Assembly (NCBI GenBank): GCA_964016885.1
Contig: OZ024746.1
Location: 33,480,001 to 33,544,000, forward strand
Direction: 5' to 3'
Source: Eledone cirrhosa
Lineage: Eukaryota
DNA: 64,000 nt
The notes under the pieces are model-generated. The model ran no database searches, was not told the origin of the DNA, and saw nothing but the letters and a program-made list of their open reading frames with translations. Below, piece after piece: positions 39,301-52,582 of the stretch; the stretch's first letter is position 1, and every line of letters begins with the position of its first letter. The position numbers were made by a program, and so were the translations under genes.

Positions 39301-40070
39301 AGGAATGCTAATGGCTGCGCAGGAGCAGGCCCTCAAAACGAAGTGGTTGAAGCACCATATCTACAAGGAGGAGGCTAGCCCACTGTGCAGGATCTGTGGA
39401 GAGAGAGAGGAGACTGTGGTTCACATTGTGTCCGAGTGTAAACACCTAGCCCAGACCCACTATAAGGGCTGGAGACACGATGTGATGGGCAGGGTGATCC
39501 ACTGGCACCTGTGCAAAGTAAACAATCTACCACATTCTGAGAAATGGTATGAGCATAGGCCAGAGGCGGTGATGGAGAACAGTCAGGTGAAGGTGCTGTG
39601 GGATTTTAGGATACAGACGGACAAAAAACTGGAACACAATAGACCTGACCTGGTGGTTGTGGACAAAGAAAAAAGATCGTGCCTGATTGTGGATGTGGCC
39701 TGCCCGTTCGACACGAGAGTGCAAGAGAAGGAGTGGGAGAAAATTAACCGATACCAGGACCTAAAGTGGGAGGTGAAAAGGATTTGGAACTGCCATGAAG
39801 TCAAAGTGATCCCGATTGTCATAGGCGCACTGGGGACTATCTCCAAAGGTTTCCAGGGATGGTTAAAGAAAATCGGCCCCTTCACGCTTTTTGGAACGCT
39901 TCAAAAGGCATGCTTGCTTGGAACGGCAAGAACCCTCCGATACGTCCTGAATATCTGAGGCTGCAGGTAGTGGCTTGATATTCAATCCAACGGACTTTCC
40001 AGTTAACCAACATCAATGACTGAGATTCAAGGAATAACAATAACAATAATAATAATAATAATAATAATAA
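36350..40070 (+). mobile_element. Dong/R4-like RLE non-LTR retrotransposon, apparently full length (5' boundary uncertain, may extend to about 35718)
   Basis: Single intact ORF, about 75-nt 3' UTR, (TAA)n tail at 40033-40070. Confidence 0.85.
36566..39958 (+). CDS. Retrotransposon polyprotein: Myb-like N terminus, reverse transcriptase, CCHC finger, restriction-like (PD-D/E) endonuclease
   Basis: 1130 aa uninterrupted: WTKELN..VMQCY...GYRRRMHNIW; WKSPGPDG; YRPITCL; EQKG; WIDYRKAFD; GIFQGDSLSP; FMDD; CRICGEREETVVHIVSEC; RHD; RPDLVVVD...IVDVACP; KINRYQDL; PIVIGALG. Confidence 0.93.
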   Translation: METRTSCDRLSPNRCPLAQQQEPDCQPNTADVGGRRRRKGARTNWTKELNRTVMQCYLKSNPKERGYRRRMHNIWNEIGLFKLDEQKLAGQARVIRTNGWISELELEELSRENGLEMAGVVCQTSEPAGNEGEEVLRTEEPPEADNDLNTEINNTWNRDTATEEMNADGLGQDSVDILNLVVDELNNDSGRPMNLRFVDRKKLKETTAKVNKVIPYLEARSLHQCNNILKATANTVRKLLGIKARGNNRQERAEPWWKKRLSGQIGEMRNDIGKLESLLNGTLKNIGTKNRLEIKYKTRSKKLNIIIEELKQRIVAKSAKIRRYENRVSQYKQNRMFDNNQKMLFGQLEGKERGNDLIPGAEQAKTFWRGIWEQDVRHNAQAGWIETVQREIGEQAQQQTDLSITVETLKGQAKKLTNWKSPGPDGVQGYWIKHLTSLHPKLTAMFNDCLVSGEVPEWLTKGTTVLIMKDRIKGNDVTNYRPITCLPVMWKLLTSIVSEEIYHHLHTNNLLPDEQKGCRKKSRGTKDQLLIDKMVIGNCRRRHTDLAMGWIDYRKAFDMVPHSWITKSLEIFRVADNIRQLLGRSMGSWETELTSTGVSLGSVKIKRGIFQGDSLSPLLFVLALMPLTIMLRKVRAGYKLGRGELTINHLLFMDDLKLFGKSEKELDVLVDTVRIFSSDICMQFGIGKCGVIVMRRGRLSRSNGIQIPTGEMIKEIDSEEGYKYLGVLEADGIKNKKMKELLRTEYIRRVRSVLKSHLNSRNAISAVNSRAVSIIRYSAGILRWNVAEQKEMDRKTRKLLTIYNMFHKRSDVDRLYLRRSEGGRGLISIEDCVQMEKNNLYKYVTYSKEPMLRAVLKEGTVGQGIPKEEITSRRKSSLKGKSLHSTFFEKTEFRDPQTWNWLRRGDLKKATEGMLMAAQEQALKTKWLKHHIYKEEASPLCRICGEREETVVHIVSECKHLAQTHYKGWRHDVMGRVIHWHLCKVNNLPHSEKWYEHRPEAVMENSQVKVLWDFRIQTDKKLEHNRPDLVVVDKEKRSCLIVDVACPFDTRVQEKEWEKINRYQDLKWEVKRIWNCHEVKVIPIVIGALGTISKGFQGWLKKIGPFTLFGTLQKACLLGTARTLRYVLNI

Positions 40071-40168
40071 TTGTTTCTACGTTAGGAACAAGGCCAGCAA
40101 TCACTCAGTGTATTACTGGTACTTTAATTTATCGACCCCGTAAGGATGAAAGGCAAAGTTAACCTTCG
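40068..40168 (-). mobile_element. CORE-type SINE 3' half, fused to the second Dong-like copy
   Basis: ttgtttctac...gaccccgtaaggatgaaaggcaaagttaacct matches the SINE reverse complement. Confidence 0.85.
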
Positions 40169-41685
40169 GGAAGAGTGAGAAGGAGTTGGATGTGCTTGTT
40201 GACACTGTCCGTATTTTCAGCAATGATATATGTATGCAATTTGGTATTAGTATGTGTGGAGTCATTGTGATGAAGAGGGGTAAATTGAGCAGAAGTAACG
40301 GAATCCAGATACCAACAGGTGAGATGATAAAGGAAATTGACTCTGAGGAAGGATACAAGTATTTGGGCGTTCTGGAGGCTGATGACACCAAGAACAAAAA
40401 AATGAAGGAATTGATAAGGACTGAATACCTTCGGAGAGTAAGGAGCGTATTAAAGTCACATCTGAACAGTAGGAATGCCATAAGTGCAGTAAATTCCCGA
40501 GCTGTGTCTATTATTAGGTACAGTGCGGGAATTCTGAGATGGAATGTTGCTCAACAAAAAGAAATGGATAGGAAGACTAGGAAGCTATTGACTATCTACA
40601 ATATGTTCCACAAGAGGAGTGATGTCGATAGACTCTACTTAAGGAGATCTGAAGGTCGAAGAGGTCTTATCAGCATAGAGGACTGTGTTCAGATGGAGAA
40701 AATCAACCTACACAAATACGTGACTGATAGTAAGGAGCCAATGCTCAGAACTGTACTGAAGGAGGGGACAATAGGCCAGGGGATGTCCAAGGAGGAAATA
40801 ACATCAAGGAGAAAGAGCAGCCTTCAGGAAAAATCCCTTCATAGTACCTTCTTTGAGAAAACTGAATTTAGTGATCCACAGACATGGAACTGGTTGAAAA
40901 GAGGAGACCTAAAAGGGGCTGCAGAAGGAATGTTAATGGCTGCGCAGGAGCAGGCCCTCAAAACGAAGTGGTTGAAACACCACATTTACAAGGAGGAGGC
41001 TAGCCCACTGTGCAGGATCTGTGGAGAGAGAGAGGAGACTGTGGCCCAATATTGTATCCGAGTGTAAACACCTAGCCCAGACTCACTATAAGGGCTGGAG
41101 ACATGATGTGATGGGCAGGGTGATCCACTGGCACCTATGCAAAGTAAACAATTTACCACATTCTGAGAAGTGGTATGAGCATAAGCCAGAGGCGGTGATA
41201 GAAAACAATCAGGTGAAGGTACTGTGGGATTTTAGGATACAGACGGACAAGAATCTGGAACACAATAGACCTGACCTGGTGGCTTTGGACAAAGAAAAAA
41301 GATCGTGCCTGATTGTGGATGTGGCCTGCCCATTCGACACGAGAGTGCAAGAGAAGGAGAGGGAGAAAATTAACCGATACCAGGACTTAAAGTGGGAGGT
41401 AAAAAGGATTTGGAACTGCCATGAAGTCAACGTGATCCCGATTGTCATAGGCGCACTAGGGACTATCTCAAAAAGTTTCCAGGGATGGTTAAAGAAAAGT
41501 GGCCTCTTCACGCTTTTTGGAACGCTTCAACTTGCATGCTTGCTGGGAACAGCAAGAACCCTCCGATACGTCCTGAATATCTGAGGCTGTAGGTAGTGGC
41601 TTGATATTCATTTCAACAAAATTTCCAGTTAACTAACACCAATGACTGAGACTAAAAAAAAAATAATAATAATAATAATAATAAT
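40164..41685 (+). mobile_element. Second Dong-like copy, 5'-truncated just after FMDD, with one frameshift near 41046
   Basis: Highly similar to 38538-40070; ORFs 40186-41067 and 41021-41584; same 3' UTR and (TAA)n tail. Confidence 0.92.
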
Positions 41686-42754
41686 GCTTTCTTTATTAAC
41701 CACAAGGGTTTAAATAAAGTAGACATTAAGAACAGTACAGGACAATACAGGACGGTACAAATGGGCATTTCCGCGTGTAAAAAACAAGAAACAGAAGATG
41801 TAATAACAGAACAATGAAAACATTCCCCAATGGGAGGAGACTTCCGACGGACATTCGTGGAGAAAGCCCATTAAAAAGCCACAGTGACCCTGATCACCAG
41901 GGCAAGTGCCCTCTCCAAGTTTTCCACCTTTAATTTACAGACACGTACTCAGAGTAGGCCCATTTACTCGGTCCATTATTGCCTCTCTCACCCATCTTTC
42001 AACAAAATGCTGGGAAGAGAGCCTTGCCTTTCTACCCTGATTTTTCTTTTTTAAATGAAATTTGAAAAAGTTAATCAGGGCATCACCGAAGAGGTAAGTG
42101 CTCGTCTTCAGCCCTTTCAAACGTGTCCACCATACTATCTCTTTCGCCATGGCCACCAGGCAGATAAAAACTGCCTGCCCTTCCCGGCTAAAGGAAGAGG
42201 GCGGGTCAATCCTCACGATGGACTCAGCTGATAGCTGGATCTGTCCTACACGCGACAGCAGGTGTTCGACATAAACCCACAAGTCAGCAATGCTCGGACA
42301 CTGGACGAGTGCGTGCAGGATGGTTTCGTCGCCCTGGCGCATCTCGGACATGCCCGGCTGACGGCACCTCCATGCCTGTAGCGTTTATCCCGAACTGGCA
42401 AAGCTCCTCGGTAGCACTGCGAGGCCAGGGAATTCTGGAAGTTATCCATAGGCCCCGGCCCGAAAGTTCATCCGAAGAGATTGGCTAGTTGATTTTCGTC
42501 GACGCTTAGAGTTTCCCCAAGTACGTCGTCGCTCTTCCCCTCCATTAATCCTCTATAGAACGCCAAGGTGGAGTTTTCACCGATCACATTGCCCGATTGG
42601 TCGAGGGCTGTGAGCGCCTGAAAACATTCCAGTCTCCAAGCGCCCGCTCTCGGTCTTCGCTTGACCCAGGACTGCAGCTCCGTCAAGGAGACGAGCTGGT
42701 GAAAGACGCGTCTAGCAAACGGCGACCACACCTGATCACCGTCGAGAAAGAGGT
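41686..42754 (-). mobile_element. 5'-truncated copy of the Tx1 LINE inserted antisense into (TAA)n
   Basis: Reverse complement of about 7356-8418; (TAA)n at 41662-41685 and 42754-42769. Confidence 0.92.
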
Positions 42755-42771
42755 AATAATAATAATAATTA

Positions 42772-43122
42772 TAAGATTTGGTTGATATCCTGAACTTAGT
42801 GGTAGAAGAACTGATAGTTGAACGATGATAGTGGAAAATCTATGAACCTAAGATTTGTAGACAGGAAAAAGTTAAAAGAAACAACAGCTAAGGTAAACAA
42901 AGTCATCCCATACCTTGAGGCGCGGAGCCTTCACCAATGCAACAATATCCTCAAAGCAACCGCAAATGCGATGAGGAAATTACTTGGCATAAAAACGAGA
43001 GGAAACAACAAACAAGAAAGATCAGAACATTAGTGGAAGAAACGACTGAATGGTCAAATCAAGGAAATGAGAAAAGACATTGGAAAGCTTGAGTCTTTAC
43101 TGAATAGGACATTACAAAACAT
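42772..43122 (+). mobile_element. Third Dong-like fragment (pre-RT region)
   Basis: Matches about 37080-37422 (MNLRFVDRKKLKETTAKVNKVIPYLEARSLHQC), with a premature stop. Confidence 0.9.
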
Positions 43123-43302
43123 ATACGTACCTTCCATTTTAGCGGAAAATCATTACTAGTGTTTTGCTTGTGTGACACTTGTTTCTGGTATATCGGAAAC
43201 TCTCACTCTCTGTCTATTGCATCCTCTCTTCCTCTCACATAAACTCACACCCCCATATACAGTCACCAATGTGTAACGCTTGATTATATATATACAATAT
43301 AT

Positions 43303-43486
43303 TAATTGTTTCTACATTTGGCACAAGGCCATCAATTACCCAGTACATTACTGGTACTTTATTTTATCGACCCCGTAAGGATGAAAGGCAAAGTTAACCT
43401 CGGCGGAATTTGAACTCAAACCGTAAAGGGACGTAACTATGCTGGAAAGCATGGCGTCCGACCCTCTAGCAAAACTGCCAATCCAC
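43303..43486 (-). mobile_element. CORE-type SINE, near full length
   Basis: Reverse complement of 17825-18019. Confidence 0.88.
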
Positions 43487-43671
43487 ATGGAAACTATATT
43501 TATAAAACAATAATTATTTTATTATATATATATATATAATCAAGCGTTACACATTGCTGGCTGTATGTAAATATACACACTCTATTAGGATTTTCATCAT
43601 GATCATTTCAGGTTATATTATCATTATTATAAATAATATTTCTATTTCACAAAAGCAATTACAAAATTAAA

Positions 43672-43940
43672 ATAACAATCTGCGTTTTCGCTTTAACACA
43701 GACTTTTATATCGAATGAAAACAAAATCCAATTCGTTTGCAAGCACAGTCTCGTTACTCTTGTGTATTTTAGATGACCATCGCTTGCCTTTCGTTCTAGC
43801 GGAGGCAGAATAACAATCTTGATTGTTTCACTGTCACCGCTAGAACAAAAGGATGGCGGCGGCCATCAAAACACATAGCGAATGAGGCTGTTTGCTTGTA
43901 AACAAGTCGAATCTTATCATTATTCGTTATAAAACTCACG
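43672..43940. mobile_element. Degenerate fold-back/MITE-like element related to 28350-28804
   Basis: Shares the aatctg.gttttcg terminus and the tttgcaa / gaggc..tttgc motifs; inner arms ttctagcgg...ccgctagaa. Confidence 0.55.
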
Positions 43941-44924
43941 AAATCAATTTCAAAAATATTAATTATCTATGTAGTTGCAGCGGATACAGGCTAATTATTC
44001 TTACCTTTTTACTTGATTCATGACATTTTTAGAAGTCATTTTTTCGTCTATCCTTGTTATTTTTACTTGAAAGTTATACGCCAATTTGATGCTCTGGCTT
44101 TTATTTTACATTGTAGCATGTAGCACATTGCATATTTATGATAGCAACGTTCGGCATCATACGGTAACATTCCAACATTCTGTTTTGTAGTTTTCGGCTT
44201 TTGATATATTTTTATTTTTGTTTTAGTCTTCGTATATTAAATGAATGATGGGTTTACAACATCTATCAGTAATCTTACTCCAGCATTTCCATTTCGGTAT
44301 TGGCGATTCTGTTCCAATAATACAGTTGCTCTTCACATCAACAATCTATCTTCTTTCTACTCACTAGGTCTATACTTCTATCTAAGTTATTGATTTCACA
44401 CTGATCCGTAGGAAATTGGTTTAAACATACCGTATACAGTTCGTACATGAGATTTAGGAATTGCAATTTCACGGTAATTCCTCGCCAAGTGAGTGATTTA
44501 CATTTGTCTGTGCCAAAATTATCGGATATAAAACTAGGATGGTTTGATATATCGGTGTCTCAATTCCATGCTTATTCGCAGTATAAGGTAACTAGATTAC
44601 TTTATATTTCAAAGTTAATTATTTATACTTACACATAACTACCATTATATCTTACTGTGACTTTTTCTAGTCCGTACTCCAACTCAATCCTTACCACCTT
44701 CTATCTATCTCTCACCATCGAAAATACAAATACACATTTGAATATACATCACAGTTACAATACACACACACACACACGCACGCACATACACACACACACA
44801 CGCTCATACACACAGACACACACAAACACACATATATATATATATTTACATTGTACAACGTTTATATAGATATCACGCGCACACATGCACATGCACACAC
44901 ACACCAACATATGTACATATACAT

Positions 44925-45141
<217 letters not shown>

Positions 45142-46282
45142 ATCAGATGTTTCTCTCCCCTCATTTTCTCAATCTATGTATCTACAGCCAAATCAACGTA
45201 GATCAATTTGGTTGATTTTCCTCAACTAAATATCATTGAAAATAACATTGCCAGCGACACAGAACAAAACTTGCTATTCTCGTTGTATTCAATACATCAG
45301 TCGTTGAACCATATTTGTATCACATTAAAATTTACTGCCGCTTCATTCGCTACTTGATATTCTTCCAACATTCTCCATCATTTACCTTCGCAACGATTAG
45401 GTTTATAACTTTCTTATATCGTATTATAACCAGCAAAGGTCACATGGTTGATCACAACAGTGATTCCCTTAGCAGTTACTCGTCTGCGTGATGGTTTCTC
45501 TATGTTTCCTAGGTCTAATCACTCCCTATTTGATTGCTCATGTGTCAATCATGTATGGTATCTCCCCTTAATTTATACGTACTTGAAAATAAAGCATTTT
45601 CACTATACGTATATATATATATATATATATATACATATATTTGTGTGTGTGTGGGGGGTGAGGTGAGGCTCTTAGGGTATGTTTGTATATATAGTGAATA
45701 ATACTTGTAGAAATAAATGTGCAATCTCCTGTCTCGTCCTTGGCTTCGCATCTCACCTATTTCAATGTCAGACTCTCGTATGCCGAATGCTTGCTATATG
45801 ATTTTTAGTCTTCCCATTTCACAGACAATCTCTATATATACATTCACTAACAAACACGCTTCATCTTCAAACGAACAAACTTTCATTTGTCTATTCTTTG
45901 GATATTCTACTGAATATATAAGCTTTACTTAACATCGAACGCTGTCTGAATATTTAATACGACATATCAATTAATGTACCTTAAGGTATTTTCATAAAAC
46001 ATATTTAAATAAAATCTATAAGCCTTGTAATAAAATCTGTAAGCCTTGTATACAAACATTTATCGTTCGTTAATCAATGCAATAAGACTATCGAAACATT
46101 ATACAACATATAATCTGCATTGATTTAATCCTTACATTCAATGAACCCTGAAACCGATGTGATTAGTTTTCTTCTTCATGAACATGATATCTTCATAAAC
46201 TTCTTTGTTGTTGATAATCGCATCGTAAAATTGATGTGACACAATAAAACACCGGAAATACACATAGACACTACCACATGAA

Positions 46283-46715
46283 ATAAGTAAAATATTTTCA
46301 TTCTGTAATCCTAAAACAATTGAAATTGTATTCATTTTGTCACACTCATTATTTACATCTACTCAAACCTACAGGACATACGGATGCTTTAATACATTAT
46401 ATGCTATATAGTCATCTATCAGCAGTTACCGTCCTTTGGACATTCTATTAGACGAGGTGAGGTACATCTAATTCAACAATACTGGCTATCGTCCCACAAA
46501 ATGGACAATGAAGCAGAGGCAAGCAGAAACATACTTGTGTGAAACATATTGCTAGTCGCTTTACTCAGCATATCTATATAGAAGAGAATGTAATGCGCAA
46601 TAGGACAGATTGGTATGGAGATCTGTTCCTAAAGCAGTCTCACGTTTTTTCAAAGCGGAATGATATGGTGACGGTCTAGAAGGAAGAAATTAACACTTAT
46701 TCGGTTTTTTTTCTT
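46283..46715 (+). repeat. Left arm of a long (about 430-bp) inverted repeat
   Basis: Reverse complement of 48234-48687, for example ttctattagacgaggtgaggtacatctaattcaacaatac. Confidence 0.9.
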
Positions 46716-46765
46716 GCCTCTCAAACTTTCAGTCATGCATTTCTAGTTTTACTATTGGAATTCAT

Positions 46766-47490
<725 letters not shown>

Positions 47491-47528
47491 ATATTTTTAT
47501 ACTTGGGGAGGGTCATATTGTTATTATA

Positions 47529-47699
47529 TTGCTAGAAGTAATAATTGTCTCTACTTTAGGCACAAGGCCAGCAAATACCCAGTGCATTACTGGTACTTTA
47601 TTTTATCGACCCCGTAAGGATGAAAGGCAATTGCTAGAAGTAATAATTGTTTCTACTTTTGGCACAAGGCCATCAATTACCAAGTGCATTACTGGTACT
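47529..47699 (-). mobile_element. Two tandem SINE 3'-end fragments sharing the flank ttgctagaag
   Basis: Units at 47529-47630 and 47631-47699. Confidence 0.8.
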
Positions 47700-48233
47700 A
47701 ATGGAACACAATCACTGTTTGGCAATATATATATAGTCTTGAAATAGCCGTATATGAAAAATGTTTGACCTCAACGGCTATTTCTGGACACTGAGTGGTG
47801 ACGATAACGAAAGTCCGTCCAACATAAAGGCTTCTTGTTTCGGAGATATCAAAGATCAAGCTTGCTTTAAGATCTTTCCAGATTGAGATATATATGATGA
47901 AATACATTTCAATCCTGAACATTACATTTGTTTCAATATGATGTATTTAATTTTAGTTTCAAATAACGTACATCAACACCATGTGTTATGAAGAAACTAA
48001 CTGTCAACCCCTGAACACAGTAAATGTTAAATAATTCAATTTCTATTTGACACTAACTGAAAGGTTAATACTGAAGTAGAAAGACTTAAAGCAGAAACAA
48101 TAATTAATATAAAAGGCCGAAAAAATGTTGTTACATTGGAGAGTTTGGAAAGGACGGTTGATAGTTTAATGAATTCCAATAGTAAAAATAGAAATGTATG
48201 ACTGAAAATTTGATAGACAAAACAAATTAATTT

Positions 48234-48681
48234 CAAGAAAAAAAACGAAATAAGTGTTATTTTCTTTCTTCTAGGCCATCGTTTCATTCTGCTGTGGAAA
48301 AACGTGAGACTGCTTTAACAACAGATCTCCATACCAATCTGTCCCAATGCGCATTGCATTCTCTTCGATATAGATATGCTGAGTCAGGCGACTAGCAATA
48401 TGTTTTCACACAAGTTTATTTCTGCCTGCCTGTGCTTCATTGTCTATGTTGTGGGACGATGGGCTGTATTGTTGAATTAGATGTACCTCACCTCGTCTAA
48501 TAGAATGTACAAAGGACGGTAACTGCTGATAGATGAGTATATAGCATATATTGTATTAAAGCATTCGTATGTCCTGTAGGTTTAAGTAGATGGAAATAAT
48601 GAGTGTGAGACAATGAATACAATTTCATTTGTTTGAAAAAAGGAAAGTTTTACTTTAGGATTACAGACTGAAGATATTTCA

Positions 48682-48687
<6 letters not shown>
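48234..48687 (-). repeat. Right arm of the long inverted repeat
   Basis: See 46283-46715; it ends in (TA)n. Confidence 0.9.
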
Positions 48688-48722
<35 letters not shown>

Positions 48723-48730
<8 letters not shown>

Positions 48731-48925
48731 AACGTTTAACCCCGACGGCAGAACTCCAGCCGTTTTAAGGGCTATTTCCGGACTCCGAGTCCAGAAATAG
48801 CGGTCGAAACGGCTTGAACTCTGCCTTCGGGGTTAAACTTGTTCATATTACCCATTCTACTACCCTAAGTATTGAGTACTATCGTGCGTTATGGTCCATC
48901 TGGTTTGTTACCACACTTCCTTCGT

Positions 48926-48927
<2 letters not shown>
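48723..48927 (+). mobile_element. Short (TA)n-embedded fold-back element, family copy 2
   Basis: Hairpin 48723-48848 followed by ctactaccctaagtattgagtac...cttccttcgtta, co-linear with 1136-1328. Confidence 0.75.
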
Positions 48928-48956
<29 letters not shown>

Positions 48957-49713
48957 ATTAGTGTGTGTGTGCACTCGCGAAATACACAGTAGTTTTAATA
49001 CATTATTCGATGCCGTCGGTCAAAGATATAGTTAGACATATGGAAAATAAGAATACGAGTACACGTTTTCAGTACATACAATCCAGATACACATTATCTG
49101 TTTAAATCAGAGTCGGAATGCTATTTGTATAGGTGACGCTTTTTTGCTGCAAACACTGTAATGTACATGAGGATAGTAGAAAGTGAGAGTTTATTTTCGA
49201 GAGGAATACTTCCTCACATTTTCACCCACTGCTTCTCGCGCTACATGTCACACTATCTCTCTTTCTATCCATCTCTAGGTAATTTTCCACGCTCCTAATG
49301 GACCTCACTTACGTCCTCATTGAAATACACACACACTTTTATATATGACATAGAGTTAGTAGATATAAATCGAAAACTATTTTTTTCGGAAAGTAAATCT
49401 AAATCGTTTTCCATTAAAATATTGAAATTTAAAATGAAATTTTGCTGCAGATATATAGAGTACAGCGTACATATAGAGGTTTGGTGAGGAAGGTTAACAA
49501 TGTTATATCAAGCACAATATATATTGTCAGTGATAGGAGTCCCGTTTTTCAAGGAGCAGTCAATCATCCTCTGACAGGATAATAGATACGCTGAGTAGGA
49601 TTTACATACCATACATGTTCCTTAATTTAATTCCAACCAGCCTGATATAGAAGATGACAAAATAATCCATCTATCCTTGAGTCTATCTCCTTTAATATCA
49701 GGTTATCAATCGT

Positions 49714-49841
<128 letters not shown>

Positions 49842-49929
49842 ATATATATATATATATAAATATAGAGAGAAAGAGTGAGAGTGAAAGGGAGAGAGAGTGA
49901 GAGAGAAATAGTGAGAGAAAGAGAAAGAA

Positions 49930-49986
<57 letters not shown>

Positions 49987-52540
49987 CACGTGTATTTTCC
50001 TCGCATATACATGTCGATATTGTTAATTTAATTATATATTTTATCCATTTCTAACAGGCTCCATGTCGGAATTGTTCTTCAAATGTGATTATTGTTATGT
50101 CCAAATCTGATTGTTCGTGATCAAATAATTATCAACAAATAAGTGGTATCTCGGCATAGGAGGCAAAACATTCTCGTATCTTTTTCTTTCGGTTTACTTT
50201 CTTGTCACAACAAACGATTTCTATTTCTATAGTGTACAGCTTTTCGGTGTGGTTGAGTGGATTGTCAAATCGTACAATTTATTACCACAATTAGACAACA
50301 GGGCATTTTAAATGAATAGTTTTAATGATATGCTGTTTTTATATAATTTAAATATCATCATATCTATTGACAAAATTACACTTCTGGCAATAATAGTATA
50401 CATAAGTACACAATGTACTAATTTGTAAACGTACAGATCTCACCGAATTGAATGTTACTACATTAATGTAGACATATATTGGCTGGGTAAGTCTAAGACA
50501 TTATTCATTTATAATAATTACTTTAGCTGGATTGCTTTCATGATAGGTATAATCACCATTAAGAGATACTACTTATAGACATGAATAATACGGTTGTTCT
50601 GTGGATGAGGAAACATGCGATAATACCACCTTGAAATGTTCCTTCCTGTGCTATGAGTGGTGTATCTAAATGAGAAACAAATATCTGAAATAAAGAAGTA
50701 TTTAACTCTTTTATTGCATGAACCAGATAAATCTTCTACCAGATGATTGACTCTCATATATCTCGGTTCCAGGTGATGTTCAGAATATGTGCACTTTGCA
50801 ACTATATTAGGTGGGACAGTATGTAAAATATGCACTTTTTTCATAGTTGCCTATAGTGATGCATGGTGTGGTTCACATAAATGTTAAGCTGAAGGTTAAA
50901 TATCTCATCATTTTCTCTACATGTAAGTATTGAAAAAGTAGACACAATTTGACGGAATGTGAGACACTGAAATTGAGCAAGGGTATTATATGAATGAATA
51001 AAAGCAAATACGATTGAGTCATGTGCGAAAGCATTAGGAAAGTTTGTTGTATGTACCATATATAATGGATGTCGTGTTTTCTGCTTGCAGGTTCCGCACT
51101 TTCAATGATTTTAATCAGTCAATAGTTAAGGTGTACTCTTGTGTGCAAATTGAAAGCGATGTTTTCTTTGATATTTCGGATTCTAGCTGGTGGGATCAGT
51201 ATCTTATGTGTTTATTTCCACGCAAAGTGTATGTTCAATCATTCACACCCCCACGGATTCACCTTTGTAGCTATACTCCATTTGATTACATAATTTATTT
51301 TGTTTCAGTCAACAAGAGCCAGATGGTGTTTTGTATTGCAATGTAATATCATTTTCTTTTTATCTGAAAAAGCGTGTTTTGTAGGTGTAATCATCGAGAT
51401 AATTTTCGATGACTCAAGTATGTTTTGTTTCATTATGCTGTCAGTAGATAACATATTAACGCAAATCATGTACTTTTGTGTATAATATTTTTTACAAAAG
51501 GAAACAATATACAAATAAATGCATATATACAGTCATACCAGCACGTTTGTAGAGAACATATAATGTTTAATAAGATAAATATTTTTCTGAATTTCCTTCA
51601 GTAATTCTGTAGTGTTTTTGTGGTGCCGCTAGCACATCGTGGCATATATAAATTTATATTATATTTTGTTACACCCTATTGTTTGCTAGCTGCGGTTTCT
51701 AATTAATCGTATGTGGGTTGCTTCTTAATATGTTTTCTTGTCGTTGAAACGATTTATTCTTAAGTTATTTTTATAGCCTCGTATGAGGATATTATATAAA
51801 TCCTTACTTGATGACATTCTGAAATTGTATCTGTATATATTTCCGAGAATACGTTCGTGACACTCTATTTGTAGAAATATCTAAGGCATAACTCATTAAA
51901 ATGAAACACTAGGAAATGTTAATAAAAAGAAGATATTGCTTAATATAATTCAGGGTTCAACACCACACATATGGGACTGAATATTCACGATCTGAACCAT
52001 TATTTTCATCAGTCACCTAGATCATGGTTCAATTAGGCTAAACATAGAACAACTTCAAATCGGCGAAAACCTGTCGAAGAAAAGTCCACTCATAGATTGC
52101 CACTCACATTCTGAAGAGTAACTGAGCTTGGATCTAAGGGAGAATCCACCAGATGCAGTCAAAAAGTATATCGCTGCAGGCCCATCTTTAACAAGAGCAT
52201 ACTACCTTGACACGGAAAGAGTGTTATGCCCTGGTTTCAAAAGCGATCGGAATCACAATGTGTTCATTGTTGGTTACCGATCTCATGTAACGAGATATTT
52301 CTTGGGATCTCATCGGTCCTGACGCGACAGGCACTGAGTCAGCATTACAGCTGTTGGGTCCAGGATCTCGCTTCTTACTCACTCTGACCGGAATGGATAT
52401 GACCATCTACGAGAACAAGGTGCAGTATTTCAACAGACATCTTCAGCATATTTCCCTCACTAACATTCGAGGCAACGCATTCAACATTCTTTTGTCTAAG
52501 AGCTGGAGGCAATGTTTACATATTTTGCATCGAACACAAA

Positions 52541-52582
<42 letters not shown>

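Noticed and set aside
36596-39885. Several minus-strand ORFs over the Dong-like element
   Set aside because: Antisense shadows of the real ORF; no motifs.
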